A stretch of DNA of 64,000 nt from Candidatus Komeilibacteria bacterium CG11_big_fil_rev_8_21_14_0_20_36_20 (GCA_002787405.1 PCWQ01000012.1:76458-140457); one strand, 5' to 3'; positions 28,099-38,723 are shown, counted from the first letter of the stretch. Program-made: numbers and translations. The notes: generated by a model not told the origin, from the letters alone.

Positions 28099-29199
28099 AT
28101 GAAAATTATTTGTACCCAGGAAAATTTAAATAAAGGACTAAACCTGGTTTCAAACATAGCTAATAAAAACAGTAACCTACTGATTTTAAATAATGTTTTA
28201 TTAAGGGCTGATAAAGATGGTTTAATTTTAATAACCACTGACCTAGAGGTGGGTATTAAAGCTTTTGTGAGAAGTAAAATTGAGGATCCCGGCGCTTTTA
28301 CAGTCGACGCCAAACTACTAAACAATTTTATTGGTTTACTACCCAAAGAAAATATTGAACTTTTTCTCCAAGACAACGATTTATCTATTAAAAATAAAAA
28401 CCAACAAACAACCATTAAAGGCCTAGAAGCTGAAGATTTTCCACTTATTCCAGAAATAGAAAAAGAGAACGAACTAATTATTTCTTCTTCTGATTTAAAA
28501 AAAAGTTTAGGCCAAGTTATCACTGCAGCGTCAACAGATAGTTCACGTATAGAAATAAACGCAGTTAATTTTTGTTTTAAAAAAGATCAATTAATTTTAG
28601 CAGCCACAGATAGTTATCGACTAGCGGAAAAAATAATTAAAATAACCAACGGGCAAGAAGCTAATCTAATTATTCCTTTAAAAACATTGCAAGAATTATT
28701 AAAAATTTTAAATGAAGAAGAAGAACAAAAAGTAAAAGTATATTTTAAGGAGAATCAAATTTTATTTACTTTTAATAGCGTGGAGCTTGTTTCGCGGGTT
28801 ATCGACGGTAAATATCCTGATTATAGTCAAATAATTCCGGAATCTTTTGCCACTAGTGCCAAATGTGACTTGAATAAACTAGTGCCAGCTATTAAGGCGG
28901 TGGCCTTGTTTTGTAAACAAGGGATCAATGACATTCGTTTAAGTTTTGATGAGCATACCCAAGAAATAATTGTAGCCACCGCTTCATCTAACACTGGTAA
29001 AAGTGTGGCTCGAGTGTCGGCTAAAGTAGACGGCAACAATAACGAGGTTGTTTTTAACTACCGTTATTTATTAGATGGTCTTAATCATATCAAAACTAGT
29101 GATGTTATACTCCAAATTAACAACAATTCTTCACCCGGCCTATTAAAACCAACGGATAGTCAAAACTACATTTATCTAGTGATGCCTATTAGGCAATAA
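28099..29199 (+). CDS. dnaN: DNA polymerase III beta clamp
   Basis: TTDLE, AATDSYRLAE, SRVIDGKYPDY, LVMPIR. Confidence 0.97.
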   Translation: MKIICTQENLNKGLNLVSNIANKNSNLLILNNVLLRADKDGLILITTDLEVGIKAFVRSKIEDPGAFTVDAKLLNNFIGLLPKENIELFLQDNDLSIKNKNQQTTIKGLEAEDFPLIPEIEKENELIISSSDLKKSLGQVITAASTDSSRIEINAVNFCFKKDQLILAATDSYRLAEKIIKITNGQEANLIIPLKTLQELLKILNEEEEQKVKVYFKENQILFTFNSVELVSRVIDGKYPDYSQIIPESFATSAKCDLNKLVPAIKAVALFCKQGINDIRLSFDEHTQEIIVATASSNTGKSVARVSAKVDGNNNEVVFNYRYLLDGLNHIKTSDVILQINNNSSPGLLKPTDSQNYIYLVMPIRQ

Positions 29200-29327
29200 T
29201 TTGAAAAAGCTTTAGAAGGTTGACAAAAACATAAAAATATGTTTATATTGTAAATAAGTATAAAGAACTTTTAAATAAAAAAGACAAACTAAACAAGTAT
29301 ATAAACAGTCCGTAAAAGGAGATTATT

Positions 29328-30143
29328 ATGAAAAAGATGGTATTGTTTTTAGTAATGTTTTGTTTTATGTTAGTGGCTGGAACCGCTAAAGCGGATCCCT
29401 TGGATTCCTTGTGGTATGATGGTTGTCCGGCTTTAGTTTTGAGTGAATATGACTCAATAGGAACCATGTTTGCTGTTGGGTTTAATACAGTTGATCCGTG
29501 TTCTCTACGTGCAATTAGTTTTTTTTCTTATGGCGTTAATGATACTTTGGGGGTTGAGATAGAAATTGTTATTTGGACAAATAGCAATGGCTATCCGGGA
29601 GAGGAGCTTTGTAGAGTTCACTATCTGGTAATGGACACCACCCACTACAGTTGGGTAACAGTTAATATACCAAACTTAAGAGTAGAGGAAAGCTTTTTTA
29701 CTGGTTTTTATTTACCCGTCGGGGCACCGCCATTTGCCACTACAGATGAATTAATTGGCGGAGGATATAGTATGGTCTGGCCCGATTCTCTTAGGGGGTG
29801 GGAATTCTTAGAAAATAATTTAAATATTCGCGCCTATGTTGAATATTTATCTACCGAAGTGAGAGATGAAGAGGGTCAACCCAACATCTATAAATTAGGT
29901 AATTACCCCAACCCCTTTAACACTCAGACTAAGATTATATTTAGTTTATCAAAAACAGAAGAAGTTGATTTGACTATTTATAATATACTCGGTCAAAAGG
30001 CAGCTACATTATTTACGGGTCAAAAGTCCGCAGGTAAGCACATTGTTTCTTGGGATGCTGATGAATTTTCTTCGGGGGTTTATTTTTCCAAACTAGTGGT
30101 AGGTCAAGAGGTTACCATTAATAAAATGACTTTGCTAAAATAA
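29328..30143 (+). CDS. Secreted protein with a T9SS type-A (Por secretion) C-terminal sorting domain
   Basis: Signal peptide (AKA-D); NYPNPFN...IYNILGQ...WDA..SSGVYF...KMTLLK C-terminus. Confidence 0.85.
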   Translation: MKKMVLFLVMFCFMLVAGTAKADPLDSLWYDGCPALVLSEYDSIGTMFAVGFNTVDPCSLRAISFFSYGVNDTLGVEIEIVIWTNSNGYPGEELCRVHYLVMDTTHYSWVTVNIPNLRVEESFFTGFYLPVGAPPFATTDELIGGGYSMVWPDSLRGWEFLENNLNIRAYVEYLSTEVRDEEGQPNIYKLGNYPNPFNTQTKIIFSLSKTEEVDLTIYNILGQKAATLFTGQKSAGKHIVSWDADEFSSGVYFSKLVVGQEVTINKMTLLK

Positions 30144-30195
30144 CAAAGTCAACTTAATAGAAATTAACAAGGGATCGGAATAATTTCCGATCCTT

Positions 30196-30432
30196 TTATT
30201 TTTTTTCAATTTTAATGATGCTGACCGGGCACTCTTCTTCTGCTTTTAGATTGTCAGCTAAATTTTTTTCATCAATTTCCCCAACCTCTACCCCAGCTAC
30301 CTCTTTAGCGCCCTTTAGGGTGGCTAGGTTGGTTTTTTCATCTATACTCCATGATTCTGGGCAAAGCTCAACACAGAGACCGCAGCCAATACAGTCTTTT
30401 TTTTGGTGAGTAATTTTATATTTTTTTGACAT
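30196..30432 (-). CDS. Ferredoxin (single 4Fe-4S type)
   Basis: CIGCGLCVELCP...CPVSII. Confidence 0.88.
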   Translation of the reverse strand: MSKKYKITHQKKDCIGCGLCVELCPESWSIDEKTNLATLKGAKEVAGVEVGEIDEKNLADNLKAEEECPVSIIKIEKK

Positions 30433-30571
30433 TTATTTGAAAATTATTTTTTAGATTAAGCTCCATAATTAAACTACAAAATTATTTTTTTGTCTACCAA
30501 ACTGAAAAACCAACTATTTTCTATTTTGAGAATTTAGTTGGTTTTTAAAACCCACGCTATTGTATGGATTT

Positions 30572-30718
30572 TTATTTACGAAAGAAGACACCTCCAACTA
30601 GTATTAATATTATTCCTGTGACAACTAATGATTCTACCGTGAGAACAACATTAAAATATATTAGTGCGCCCACAATAAACGAACACACTGCAGATGTCCA
30701 GAAAGTAAGAGATAACAT
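30572..30718 (-). CDS. Small two-TM protein (48 aa)
   Basis: GGGAG SD; MLSLTFWTSAVCSFIVGALIYFNVVLTVESLVVTGIILILVGGVFFRK. Confidence 0.6.
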   Translation of the reverse strand: MLSLTFWTSAVCSFIVGALIYFNVVLTVESLVVTGIILILVGGVFFRK

Positions 30719-30730
30719 AAGCTCTCCCTT

Positions 30731-31110
30731 CTAATCAATCTGGCAGTGGCAGCCGTTGCCGCAACCGCATATTTGATCTGTATAAACCAGTGTTCCAAAG
30801 GTGCGGTCTTTTTCGCCTATTTTTTGGGCGTTAAAGAAAACAATTGACATTTGGTGAACAGCGAGGAAATTATTTACCCCAACCACCAATTCATCTGAGT
30901 TAACCGTCTCAAATAAGGTGACTTGTGAGGTGCCAGCAAAGAATTTTTGTTTATAGACCAATAAAGCCTTAAAACCTTTTTTCTCAATGGTTACCTCTAC
31001 AGAAAGGGCTTCTTTGTTTTTTTCGCGCAAAAAGCCGTTTATTTTTTTTGCAATTCTTCTTTGGTGGCGGCGTTAAAAAATTGAATGCCATCCCTATTTC
31101 CTTTAGACAT
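30731..31110 (-). pseudogene. Hypothetical protein (about 126 aa) frameshifted at an A8 run; Cys-rich tail
   Basis: GGGAG plus ATG at 31110 (MSKGNRDGIQFFNAATKEELQKK*); one extra A at 31042-31049 joins it to the 30731-31030 ORF. Confidence 0.65.
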
Positions 31111-31248
31111 AATATCTCTCCCTATTAAAAAGGTTGTGTTAATTTACAAAATGAATAAATAATATTAACACTAAATCATTTTTTTGTCAATAACAGATCT
31201 TTAGTTGTTTCCATTGAACTTGTTGTAAAATTCTGTTAAGATTTGATT

Positions 31249-31824
31249 ATGATAGCTTATCTTAAGGGTCAGATTTTAGAAAAAACCAGCAAGTCGGTCA
31301 TTATTCTACTTAATAATATTGGCTATGAGGTTTTTTTAAGTTCAGAATATTTATATAAACTTAAAAAAGGACAAGAAGTAGAATTTTTTATTTATTCTAA
31401 CATCAAAGAGGACGCCTTTGATTTGTATGGCTTTCAGAATTTAGAAGAACTAGATTTTTTTAAAAAACTAATTTCTGTCTCCGGCGTAGGTCCAAGAAGC
31501 GCTATTAATATTTTATCCCTAGCTTCGGTAAATGATTTGAAAAAAGCTATCAGCAGTGAAGACTCCAGTTTATTACAACAGGTTTCAGGTATTGGTAAAA
31601 AAACAGCGGAAAGGTTAGTGGTAGAGCTAAAAGAAAAATTTATTGTTGATTTAAGTGATAAAAAAGCAGTTGGCGGAGGTAACGCGCAAGTGATGGAGGC
31701 TTTAATTTCCTTAGGGTATAAAGACAACGAGATTAGAGCAATCATCAGAGACATTCCGGCGGAAGAAAAAGATTTATCAGGTAAGATTAAAAAAGCCCTG
31801 CAGCTTTTAAATAAACAAAAATGA
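31249..31824 (+). CDS. ruvA: Holliday junction DNA helicase subunit RuvA
   Basis: MIAYLKG, LYGF, LISVSGVGPRSA, VSGIGKKTAERLVVELK, ALISLGY. Confidence 0.96.
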   Translation: MIAYLKGQILEKTSKSVIILLNNIGYEVFLSSEYLYKLKKGQEVEFFIYSNIKEDAFDLYGFQNLEELDFFKKLISVSGVGPRSAINILSLASVNDLKKAISSEDSSLLQQVSGIGKKTAERLVVELKEKFIVDLSDKKAVGGGNAQVMEALISLGYKDNEIRAIIRDIPAEEKDLSGKIKKALQLLNKQK

Positions 31825-32831
31825 ACTTAGTTGTAGATAATTTAAATTATGATGATTTTTTAAAGATTGGTTTTACTTCAGGAAATTTCCTACAGAGCAC
31901 TATTTGGAAAGATTTTTTAAAAGCCCAAAAAATTTTTTTTTGGCAATTAATTGTTAAAGAGAATTCAGAAACCTTGGCGGTTTGTTTAGTTTATGAAAAT
32001 AAATTGTTTTTTTCAAGAAGTTATCTTTATTCTCCTAAAGGGCCGATTTTTTCTAAAGAGTTAAATGATGAGCAAAAGAAAGAGGCGATTTTTTTAATTT
32101 TATCTAAAATGCGGGACGTAACAATTGCCACTAAGAAATACGAGGAAATTTTTTATAAACTAGAGCCAGCTGATTATGATGCTTTACTACCGGAATTTAT
32201 CAAAGCCAGTGACGTGCAACCTCGGGACAGTTTAATCTTGGATTTAACCAAAAACCATCAACAGTTGTTAGGAGAAATGCATGCCAAGACCCGATACAAT
32301 ATTGGTCTGGCCCAAAGAAAAGGGGTGAGAATTAAATTTAGCCACCAAGAAGAAGACATTAAGTATTTTTTGAAGTTAATTAAAAAGACCGCTAAAAAAA
32401 ATCAAATCACCGTCCATTCGGATGATTATTACAAATTACTTTACCAAACATTACTTAAACACCAAGCGGGGCAGCTTTGTTTGGCTTATGTTGACAATAA
32501 AATAGTGGTTGTTAATTTAATTCTTCGTTTCGGATCAGCGGCGACTTATTTACACGGCGCAGCAGATTATAAATTTCGAGCTCATATGGCTCCACAACTA
32601 CTCCAGTGGGAAACAATCAAGCAATCTAAAGAACTTGGCTATAAGATTTATGATTTTTGGGGCATTACTCCCGATGACAATTCGAAACCTGGTTGGGAAG
32701 GGTTTACTCGTTTTAAAAAGGGTTTTGGCGGCCAGATCATCAAGGCGCCGGGCACCCATAATTTTGTTTACCATCCAGCCATGTATAAATTTTATTTATT
32801 AGCTAACAAAGTAAGAAATATTTTAAAATAA
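31821..32831 (+). CDS. FemABX-family peptidoglycan bridge aminoacyltransferase
   Basis: FLQS..W, Y.PKGP, KTRYNI.LA.RKGV, YLHGA, YDFWGI, GFTRFKKGFGG. Confidence 0.9.
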   Translation: MNLVVDNLNYDDFLKIGFTSGNFLQSTIWKDFLKAQKIFFWQLIVKENSETLAVCLVYENKLFFSRSYLYSPKGPIFSKELNDEQKKEAIFLILSKMRDVTIATKKYEEIFYKLEPADYDALLPEFIKASDVQPRDSLILDLTKNHQQLLGEMHAKTRYNIGLAQRKGVRIKFSHQEEDIKYFLKLIKKTAKKNQITVHSDDYYKLLYQTLLKHQAGQLCLAYVDNKIVVVNLILRFGSAATYLHGAADYKFRAHMAPQLLQWETIKQSKELGYKIYDFWGITPDDNSKPGWEGFTRFKKGFGGQIIKAPGTHNFVYHPAMYKFYLLANKVRNILK

Positions 32832-32834
32832 ATT

Positions 32835-33563
32835 ATGTTGAAAAAAGCACTAGTTTCAGCCGCCGGCAAAGGAACCCGCATGCTGCATTTATCCAAAGAC
32901 AAGCCAAAACATTTAATTGAAGTCAATGGCCGACCATTTCTTTATTACGTGCTTAGTAATTTAAAACAAGCCGGATTTGAGGAAATTATTATGATTGTTG
33001 GTTATAAAAAAGAAGTAATGGCTAAATTTTTTAAGGATTTTGGCAAAGAGTTTAACCTAAGTTTAATTAATCAATTCGAACTTTTAGGAGAAGATAAATA
33101 CGGCACAGCTTGTCCTTTGGAGTGCGTTAAAAATATTTTAGGGCAAGAAAGTTTTTTATCAATTTACGGAGACAACCTCTATTCAGTGGAAGATTTAAAA
33201 GTTTTTAATATTGATGACCAGTATTCTTATGTTGCCGGTTTCTATCACGAGCAGCCGCAGAATTACGGCGTTTTGCAAGTTGGTCATAATGGTTTTTTAA
33301 AAAAAATCGTGGAAAAGCCAAAGGAATTTATTGGTAATCTTATCAACACTGGTTTATATAAATTTACAGCGGAAATTTTCCAATATTTAGACCAGATTAA
33401 CATTTCGCCACGTGGAGAGTATGAACTAGTTGATATGATTAATCTTTTAGCTCAACAAAAGAAAGTAAAAGTCCGAGAGTTAAAAGGTGCTTGGCTTGAT
33501 TTTGGCAAACCAGAAGACATAAAAAAAGTAGAGGAGTATTTAGATGATAAAAAAAGTAATTAA
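32835..33563 (+). CDS. Sugar-phosphate nucleotidyltransferase
   Basis: AAGKGTRM...PKHL, GDNL, VEKP, SPRGEYEL. Confidence 0.88.
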   Translation: MLKKALVSAAGKGTRMLHLSKDKPKHLIEVNGRPFLYYVLSNLKQAGFEEIIMIVGYKKEVMAKFFKDFGKEFNLSLINQFELLGEDKYGTACPLECVKNILGQESFLSIYGDNLYSVEDLKVFNIDDQYSYVAGFYHEQPQNYGVLQVGHNGFLKKIVEKPKEFIGNLINTGLYKFTAEIFQYLDQINISPRGEYELVDMINLLAQQKKVKVRELKGAWLDFGKPEDIKKVEEYLDDKKSN

Positions 33564-34848
33564 AAAAATATTACCTAAGAAAGCCCTACTTTTTTACCAT
33601 TGGTTTTTATCAAAAGTAGCTGTTTTTTATTATGCCAACCCTAGTCAGCAGCTAATTGTTGTTGGGGTAACAGGTACAAATGGCAAAACCACCACCGTTA
33701 ATTTTATCGCCCAATTTTTAGAAGGGTTTGATCAAAAAGTTGGTTTGGCTTCCACAGTCAATTTTAAGGTTGCTGAAAAAGAATGGCTTAATAACAAAAA
33801 AATGACTATGCTTGGTCGCTTCCAAACCCAAAAATTACTAAAGCAAATGGTGCAAGCAGGATGTCAATACGCCGTGATAGAAACATCTTCCCAGGGTATT
33901 GAGCAATTTCGTCACCAAGGCATTAATTATGACTTGGTGGTTTTTACTAATTTAACACCAGAGCATATTGAAGCGCACGGTAGCTTTGAAAATTATCGAG
34001 CCGCTAAAGAAAAACTATTTCAGCATTTAAGCCAGAGCCGTAAAAAGATTATTGGTGGCAAAAAAATAAGGAAAATAATTATCGCCAATAGTGATGATGA
34101 AGAAACAGAGCGACTAAGAAAATATCAAATTGATAAATTTATCACTTATGGTTTTAATCAACCAGCTGATTATTATGGCGCCAATTTATCTAGAGCAGAA
34201 GCCACTAGTTTAATTTCATTTAAGATAAACCAGCATTCTGTAAAGGCAAACCTAATTGGTAAATTTAGCGCTTATAATTTATTAGCGTCTTTAACTACTA
34301 TTAAAGCTCTGGGTTTTCCTCTAAACCAAGCCACTCAAATTAAGATTAAAAGTGTGCCGGGTCGACAGGAATTAATTGATCAGGGGCAGAATTTTAAAAT
34401 TATGATTGATTATGCGCCCGAACCAGTTAGTTTGAGCCAGCTTTATAAAGCTCTTAAATTAGTACCTAAAAATAAAATAATTCATGTCCTTGGTTCATGT
34501 GGTGGCGGTCGTGATCAGGCACGCCAACCAAATTTAGGGCAGCTGTCTGGTCAACAAGCTGATTTTGTTATTGTCACCAATGAAGACCCTTATGATGATG
34601 ATCCTTGGCAGATAATAGAAAACGTAGCTCAAGGAGTGCAGGCAGCTGGCAAAATAAAAGGTAAAGACTTATTTACAATTTTAGATAGAAAAGAGGCCAT
34701 TAAAAAGGCCCTAGAGTTAGCCAGTAAAGATGATTTAGTTTTGATTACTGGCAAAGGTGCTGAACAATTTATTTGTGTAGCCAATGATCAGAAAATTCCC
34801 TGGGATGATCGGGAAGTAGTAAGGAAATTATTAAGAAACACACACTAA
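33544..34848 (+). CDS. murE: UDP-N-acetylmuramyl-tripeptide synthetase
   Basis: GVTGTNGKTT, ETSSQG, FTNLTPEHIEAH, DYA, GGGRD, TNEDP, ITGKG. Confidence 0.9.
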   Translation: MIKKVIKKILPKKALLFYHWFLSKVAVFYYANPSQQLIVVGVTGTNGKTTTVNFIAQFLEGFDQKVGLASTVNFKVAEKEWLNNKKMTMLGRFQTQKLLKQMVQAGCQYAVIETSSQGIEQFRHQGINYDLVVFTNLTPEHIEAHGSFENYRAAKEKLFQHLSQSRKKIIGGKKIRKIIIANSDDEETERLRKYQIDKFITYGFNQPADYYGANLSRAEATSLISFKINQHSVKANLIGKFSAYNLLASLTTIKALGFPLNQATQIKIKSVPGRQELIDQGQNFKIMIDYAPEPVSLSQLYKALKLVPKNKIIHVLGSCGGGRDQARQPNLGQLSGQQADFVIVTNEDPYDDDPWQIIENVAQGVQAAGKIKGKDLFTILDRKEAIKKALELASKDDLVLITGKGAEQFICVANDQKIPWDDREVVRKLLRNTH

Positions 34849-34906
34849 AATAAGTTGTTTTAGTATTAAATCCACTTACACTGTTAGTCGCTTAGTGATT
34901 ATAGGG

Positions 34907-34915
34907 TGTGGATAA
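34907..34915 (-). promoter_or_regulatory. Perfect DnaA box in the rpoB upstream region
   Basis: TGTGGATAA is the reverse complement of TTATCCACA. Confidence 0.55.
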
Positions 34916-35288
34916 CTTGTGGCCAAAACAGCTAATTTGTGTATATTTTAGCTGAAATAAGACAAAAGTGGTTAAAGTTTGACATTTTTTGAAAAGTGTA
35001 TCTTTAATAATTTAGCTAATATTAGCTGTAAGTACGATTTTTTTGAGATTTTTAAGTATTTAATTTTAAAATCCTTGACAGAGCTTTAAAATTTTGGTAG
35101 CATATAGCTATGAAATTTTTCTGGGCTAACCTATTTTAGTCTAAAATAAATTAAATAACTGACCCTAAAAATAGCGGGTGAGTTTATTTTTTATGCGTTG
35201 TTTTTTAGCATACTCAATTTACTTACTAAAATAAAATTTTTCCAGCCCCCTCAAAGGCTAATTTTAATAATATAATTAGCAAAATTTT

Positions 35289-38200
35289 ATGCCCCAAACA
35301 AAGATTTTAGGAGCTCGCAAATATTTTACTACTTTGCGGGAGGCCATTCCTTTAACCAATTTGATCGAAGTGCAAAAAAAGTCTTATGATTGGTTTTTTG
35401 CCGAAGGATTAAAGGAGTTGTTTGAAGAAATTTCTCCGATTACTGACTTCATTGGTCGAGATCTGGAGCTTCATTTTTTGAATTATTATTTGGACGAGCC
35501 GAAATTTGATGAAGTAACTGCAAAAAGTAAAAATATCAGCTACGAGTCTCCAATTAGAGTTAATGTTCGCTTGATTAATAAAAAAACCAACGAGGTTAAG
35601 GAACAGGAAGTTTATTTGGGTGATTTTCCCCTCATGACCGAGAGGGGTACTTTTATTATTAATGGAGTAGAAAGAGTCGTTGTTTCACAGTTAATTCGTA
35701 GCGCTGGCGTCTTTTTTACTTCAGAGATGATTAAGGGACGGAAACATTACGGAGCTAAAATTATTCCTAATCGCGGTGCTTGGCTGGAAATAGAGACCGA
35801 AGCTAGTAATGTCATTTATGTTAAAATTGATCGCAAAAGAAAAGTACCAATTACAGCTTTATTTAGAGCTTTTGGCTACGCTACAGACGAAGAAATTATT
35901 TCTCTATTTAAAGATGTAGATAATCATCCGGAAGTGAGTTTTATTAAGAATACTTTAGAGAAAGATGTTTCGCACAATGAACCGGAAGGGCTAAAGGAAG
36001 TTTATCGTCGTATTAGACCAGGTGATTTAGCCACCACTGAAAACGCCCGTAGCTTGATCCACTCTATGTTTTTTCATTTTGATCGCTATGATTTTGGTCG
36101 CGTTGGGCGCTATAAAATTAACGCCCGTTTTGACTTGGATATTCCCAACACTAAAGAGACTAGAGTTTTGCGTCGCGAAGACTTAATTTTAGTTATCCAA
36201 GAAATTATTAAACTTAATTTGTCGCAAGAGGAGCCGGATGATATTGATCATCTTGGCAATCGACGCGTCAGGGCTATTGGCGAACTAGTACAAAATCGAT
36301 TTCGTATTGGTTTAGCTCGTATGGAAAGAATTATCAAAGATCGGATGAGCACCTTGGATGTTAATAGTTTGACACCAAACCAACTTATCAATGCTCGGCC
36401 GGTAGTAGGCGTGACCAAAGAGTTTTTTATGAGCTCCCAACTATCGCAATTCATGGACCAAGTTAATCCTTTAGCTGAACTAGAACACAAGAGACGTTTG
36501 TCAGCTATGGGACCAGGCGGCTTATCGAGGGAGAGAGCCGGCTTTGAAGTGCGAGATGTTCACCGTACTCACTATGGTCGTATTTGTCCAATTGCCACTC
36601 CCGAAGGACCAAATATTGGTCTGGTAGGTCATTTGGCATCCTACGCTAAAGTCAATGATTTTGGATTTATTGAAACGCCTTTTAGAAGAGTCTGGCACGA
36701 TTTAGATAATGAACCAAAGCAGACGACTGGAAAAATTGCCCGAATTAATATTGTTGATCCTAAAACTAAAAATATTATAATTGCAGCTGGTGAAATAATT
36801 AGCCCCACTAAAGCTAAAGAATTAGCTAAAAATAAAGAGATAAAGAAAGTGGCTATTAAACCCATAGTGACCAAGGAAATAGTTTATTTAGATGCCTTTG
36901 AAGAAGAAAGATATAATACAGCCGCAGCCACTACACCGATTGATGAAGATGGTTATTTTGTTAATAATTATGCTGAAATAAGAGTTAAGGGAAATCCTAT
37001 GTATGATAAGGTAGAAAATATTGATTTATTGGATGTAGCCCCTAACCAGATTATTAGTATTGCCACTTCTTTAATTCCTTTTTTAGAGCATGATGATGCA
37101 GTTAGAGCTTTAATGGGTACCAACATGCAACGGCAGGCAGTTTCAGTAATTAGACCAGAGTCGCCGATTGTCGGTACAGGAGTAGAAGCCAAGGCCGCGA
37201 TAGATTCAGGGCAGGTTGTAGTAGCTAAAGAGTCTGGAAAAGTTACTCGTGTTGATAGTCGAAATATTGATATAACCAATAAGGATGGAGTTGTTGCTAC
37301 TTATAATTTAAATAAATTTTCTCGATCTAACACCTCTACCAGCATGAATCAGCATCCAATTGTTAATAAGGGTGATGAGATTAAGAAGGGAGTAGCTATT
37401 GCTGACGGAGCAGCTACTGATCAGGGCGAATTAGCACTAGGACAAAATATGTTAGTGGCCTATATGACCTGGCAAGGTGGCAACTATGAGGATGCTATTT
37501 TGATTTCAGAAAGAGTAGTGAAAGATGATAATTATACTTCTATTAGTATTGAGGATTATTCTATTGATATTCGTGATACGAAATTAGGACCGGAAGTAAT
37601 TACTCGAGATATACCCAACGTCAGTGAGGAAAAATTGAAAGATTTAGATTCTGAAGGCATTGTCCGCATCGGGGCTAATGTTTCTTCAGGAGATATTTTA
37701 GTGGGTAAAATTACACCAAAAGGAGAGACTGAGCTATCAGCGGAAGAAAAATTATTAAGGGCTATTTTTGGTGAAAAAGCTAAAGATGTCAGAGACACTT
37801 CTTTGTATTTAAAACATGGGGAAAGAGGTAAGGTAGTTGATATTAAAATATTTTCCCGAGATAAGGGTGATAAATTACCAGCTGGTGTAATTAATACAGT
37901 CCAAGTGACAGTCGCTCAATTAAGAAAAATTCAAGTGGGCGATAAGATGGCTGGTCGTCATGGGAACAAAGGTGTTATTTCCAGAGTAGTACCAGAAGCT
38001 GATATGCCATTTCTAGCTGACGGCACGCCAGTAGATATTATTTTGAATCCACTAGGCGTGATTTCTCGTATGAATCTCGGGCAGTTATTAGAAACACACC
38101 TTGGTTTAGCCGCTCGCACGCTTGGTTATAAAGTAGCTAGCCCTTCTTTAAATGGAGTCGATGAAGAAGCTATTCGTAAAGAGTTGGCTAAAGCTGGTTG

Positions 38201-38723
38201 GCCGGAAGACGGCAAGATTCAGCTTTACGATGGATATACCGGTAAGCCATTTGACAACAGAACTACAGTCGGGATTGCTTATATGTTAAAGTTAAATCAT
38301 TTGGTTGAAGATAAGATTCATCAGCGTTCCATTGGTCCTTATTCTCTAGTCACTCAACAGCCCCTAGGTGGTAAAGCTCAATTTGGCGGACAGAGATTTG
38401 GCGAAATGGAGGTCTGGGCTCTAGAGGCCTATGGTGCTGCTAACACCCTTCAAGAAATGATTACTATTAAATCTGATGATGTGCCTGGTCGTTCAAAAGC
38501 TTATGAATCAATCATCAAAGGAGAGCCAATAGAAAGATTAAACATTCCCGAGTCATTTAATGTCTTAGTTAGAGAGTTAAAAGGGCTAGGGTTAGATGTG
38601 GAATTAATTGGCAGAAAGGAAACTAGATTTAAGGAAGAGAATAGAGAGGGAAGTCAAAAAATAGATATTGTAGAACCGGAAATTATAGCGACCGTGACGG
38701 ATGACCAAGATCAAGTAGAATAA
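35289..38723 (+). CDS. rpoB: RNA polymerase beta subunit
   Basis: FIINGVERVVVSQL, GDKMAGRHGNKG, GQRFGEMEVWALEAYGA. Confidence 0.99.
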   Translation: MPQTKILGARKYFTTLREAIPLTNLIEVQKKSYDWFFAEGLKELFEEISPITDFIGRDLELHFLNYYLDEPKFDEVTAKSKNISYESPIRVNVRLINKKTNEVKEQEVYLGDFPLMTERGTFIINGVERVVVSQLIRSAGVFFTSEMIKGRKHYGAKIIPNRGAWLEIETEASNVIYVKIDRKRKVPITALFRAFGYATDEEIISLFKDVDNHPEVSFIKNTLEKDVSHNEPEGLKEVYRRIRPGDLATTENARSLIHSMFFHFDRYDFGRVGRYKINARFDLDIPNTKETRVLRREDLILVIQEIIKLNLSQEEPDDIDHLGNRRVRAIGELVQNRFRIGLARMERIIKDRMSTLDVNSLTPNQLINARPVVGVTKEFFMSSQLSQFMDQVNPLAELEHKRRLSAMGPGGLSRERAGFEVRDVHRTHYGRICPIATPEGPNIGLVGHLASYAKVNDFGFIETPFRRVWHDLDNEPKQTTGKIARINIVDPKTKNIIIAAGEIISPTKAKELAKNKEIKKVAIKPIVTKEIVYLDAFEEERYNTAAATTPIDEDGYFVNNYAEIRVKGNPMYDKVENIDLLDVAPNQIISIATSLIPFLEHDDAVRALMGTNMQRQAVSVIRPESPIVGTGVEAKAAIDSGQVVVAKESGKVTRVDSRNIDITNKDGVVATYNLNKFSRSNTSTSMNQHPIVNKGDEIKKGVAIADGAATDQGELALGQNMLVAYMTWQGGNYEDAILISERVVKDDNYTSISIEDYSIDIRDTKLGPEVITRDIPNVSEEKLKDLDSEGIVRIGANVSSGDILVGKITPKGETELSAEEKLLRAIFGEKAKDVRDTSLYLKHGERGKVVDIKIFSRDKGDKLPAGVINTVQVTVAQLRKIQVGDKMAGRHGNKGVISRVVPEADMPFLADGTPVDIILNPLGVISRMNLGQLLETHLGLAARTLGYKVASPSLNGVDEEAIRKELAKAGWPEDGKIQLYDGYTGKPFDNRTTVGIAYMLKLNHLVEDKIHQRSIGPYSLVTQQPLGGKAQFGGQRFGEMEVWALEAYGAANTLQEMITIKSDDVPGRSKAYESIIKGEPIERLNIPESFNVLVRELKGLGLDVELIGRKETRFKEENREGSQKIDIVEPEIIATVTDDQDQVE

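Noticed and set aside
31249-31824. ruvA without an adjacent ruvB, suggesting a missing gene
   Set aside because: ruv genes are often dispersed (ruvC is 31 kb away), so absence cannot be judged from one window
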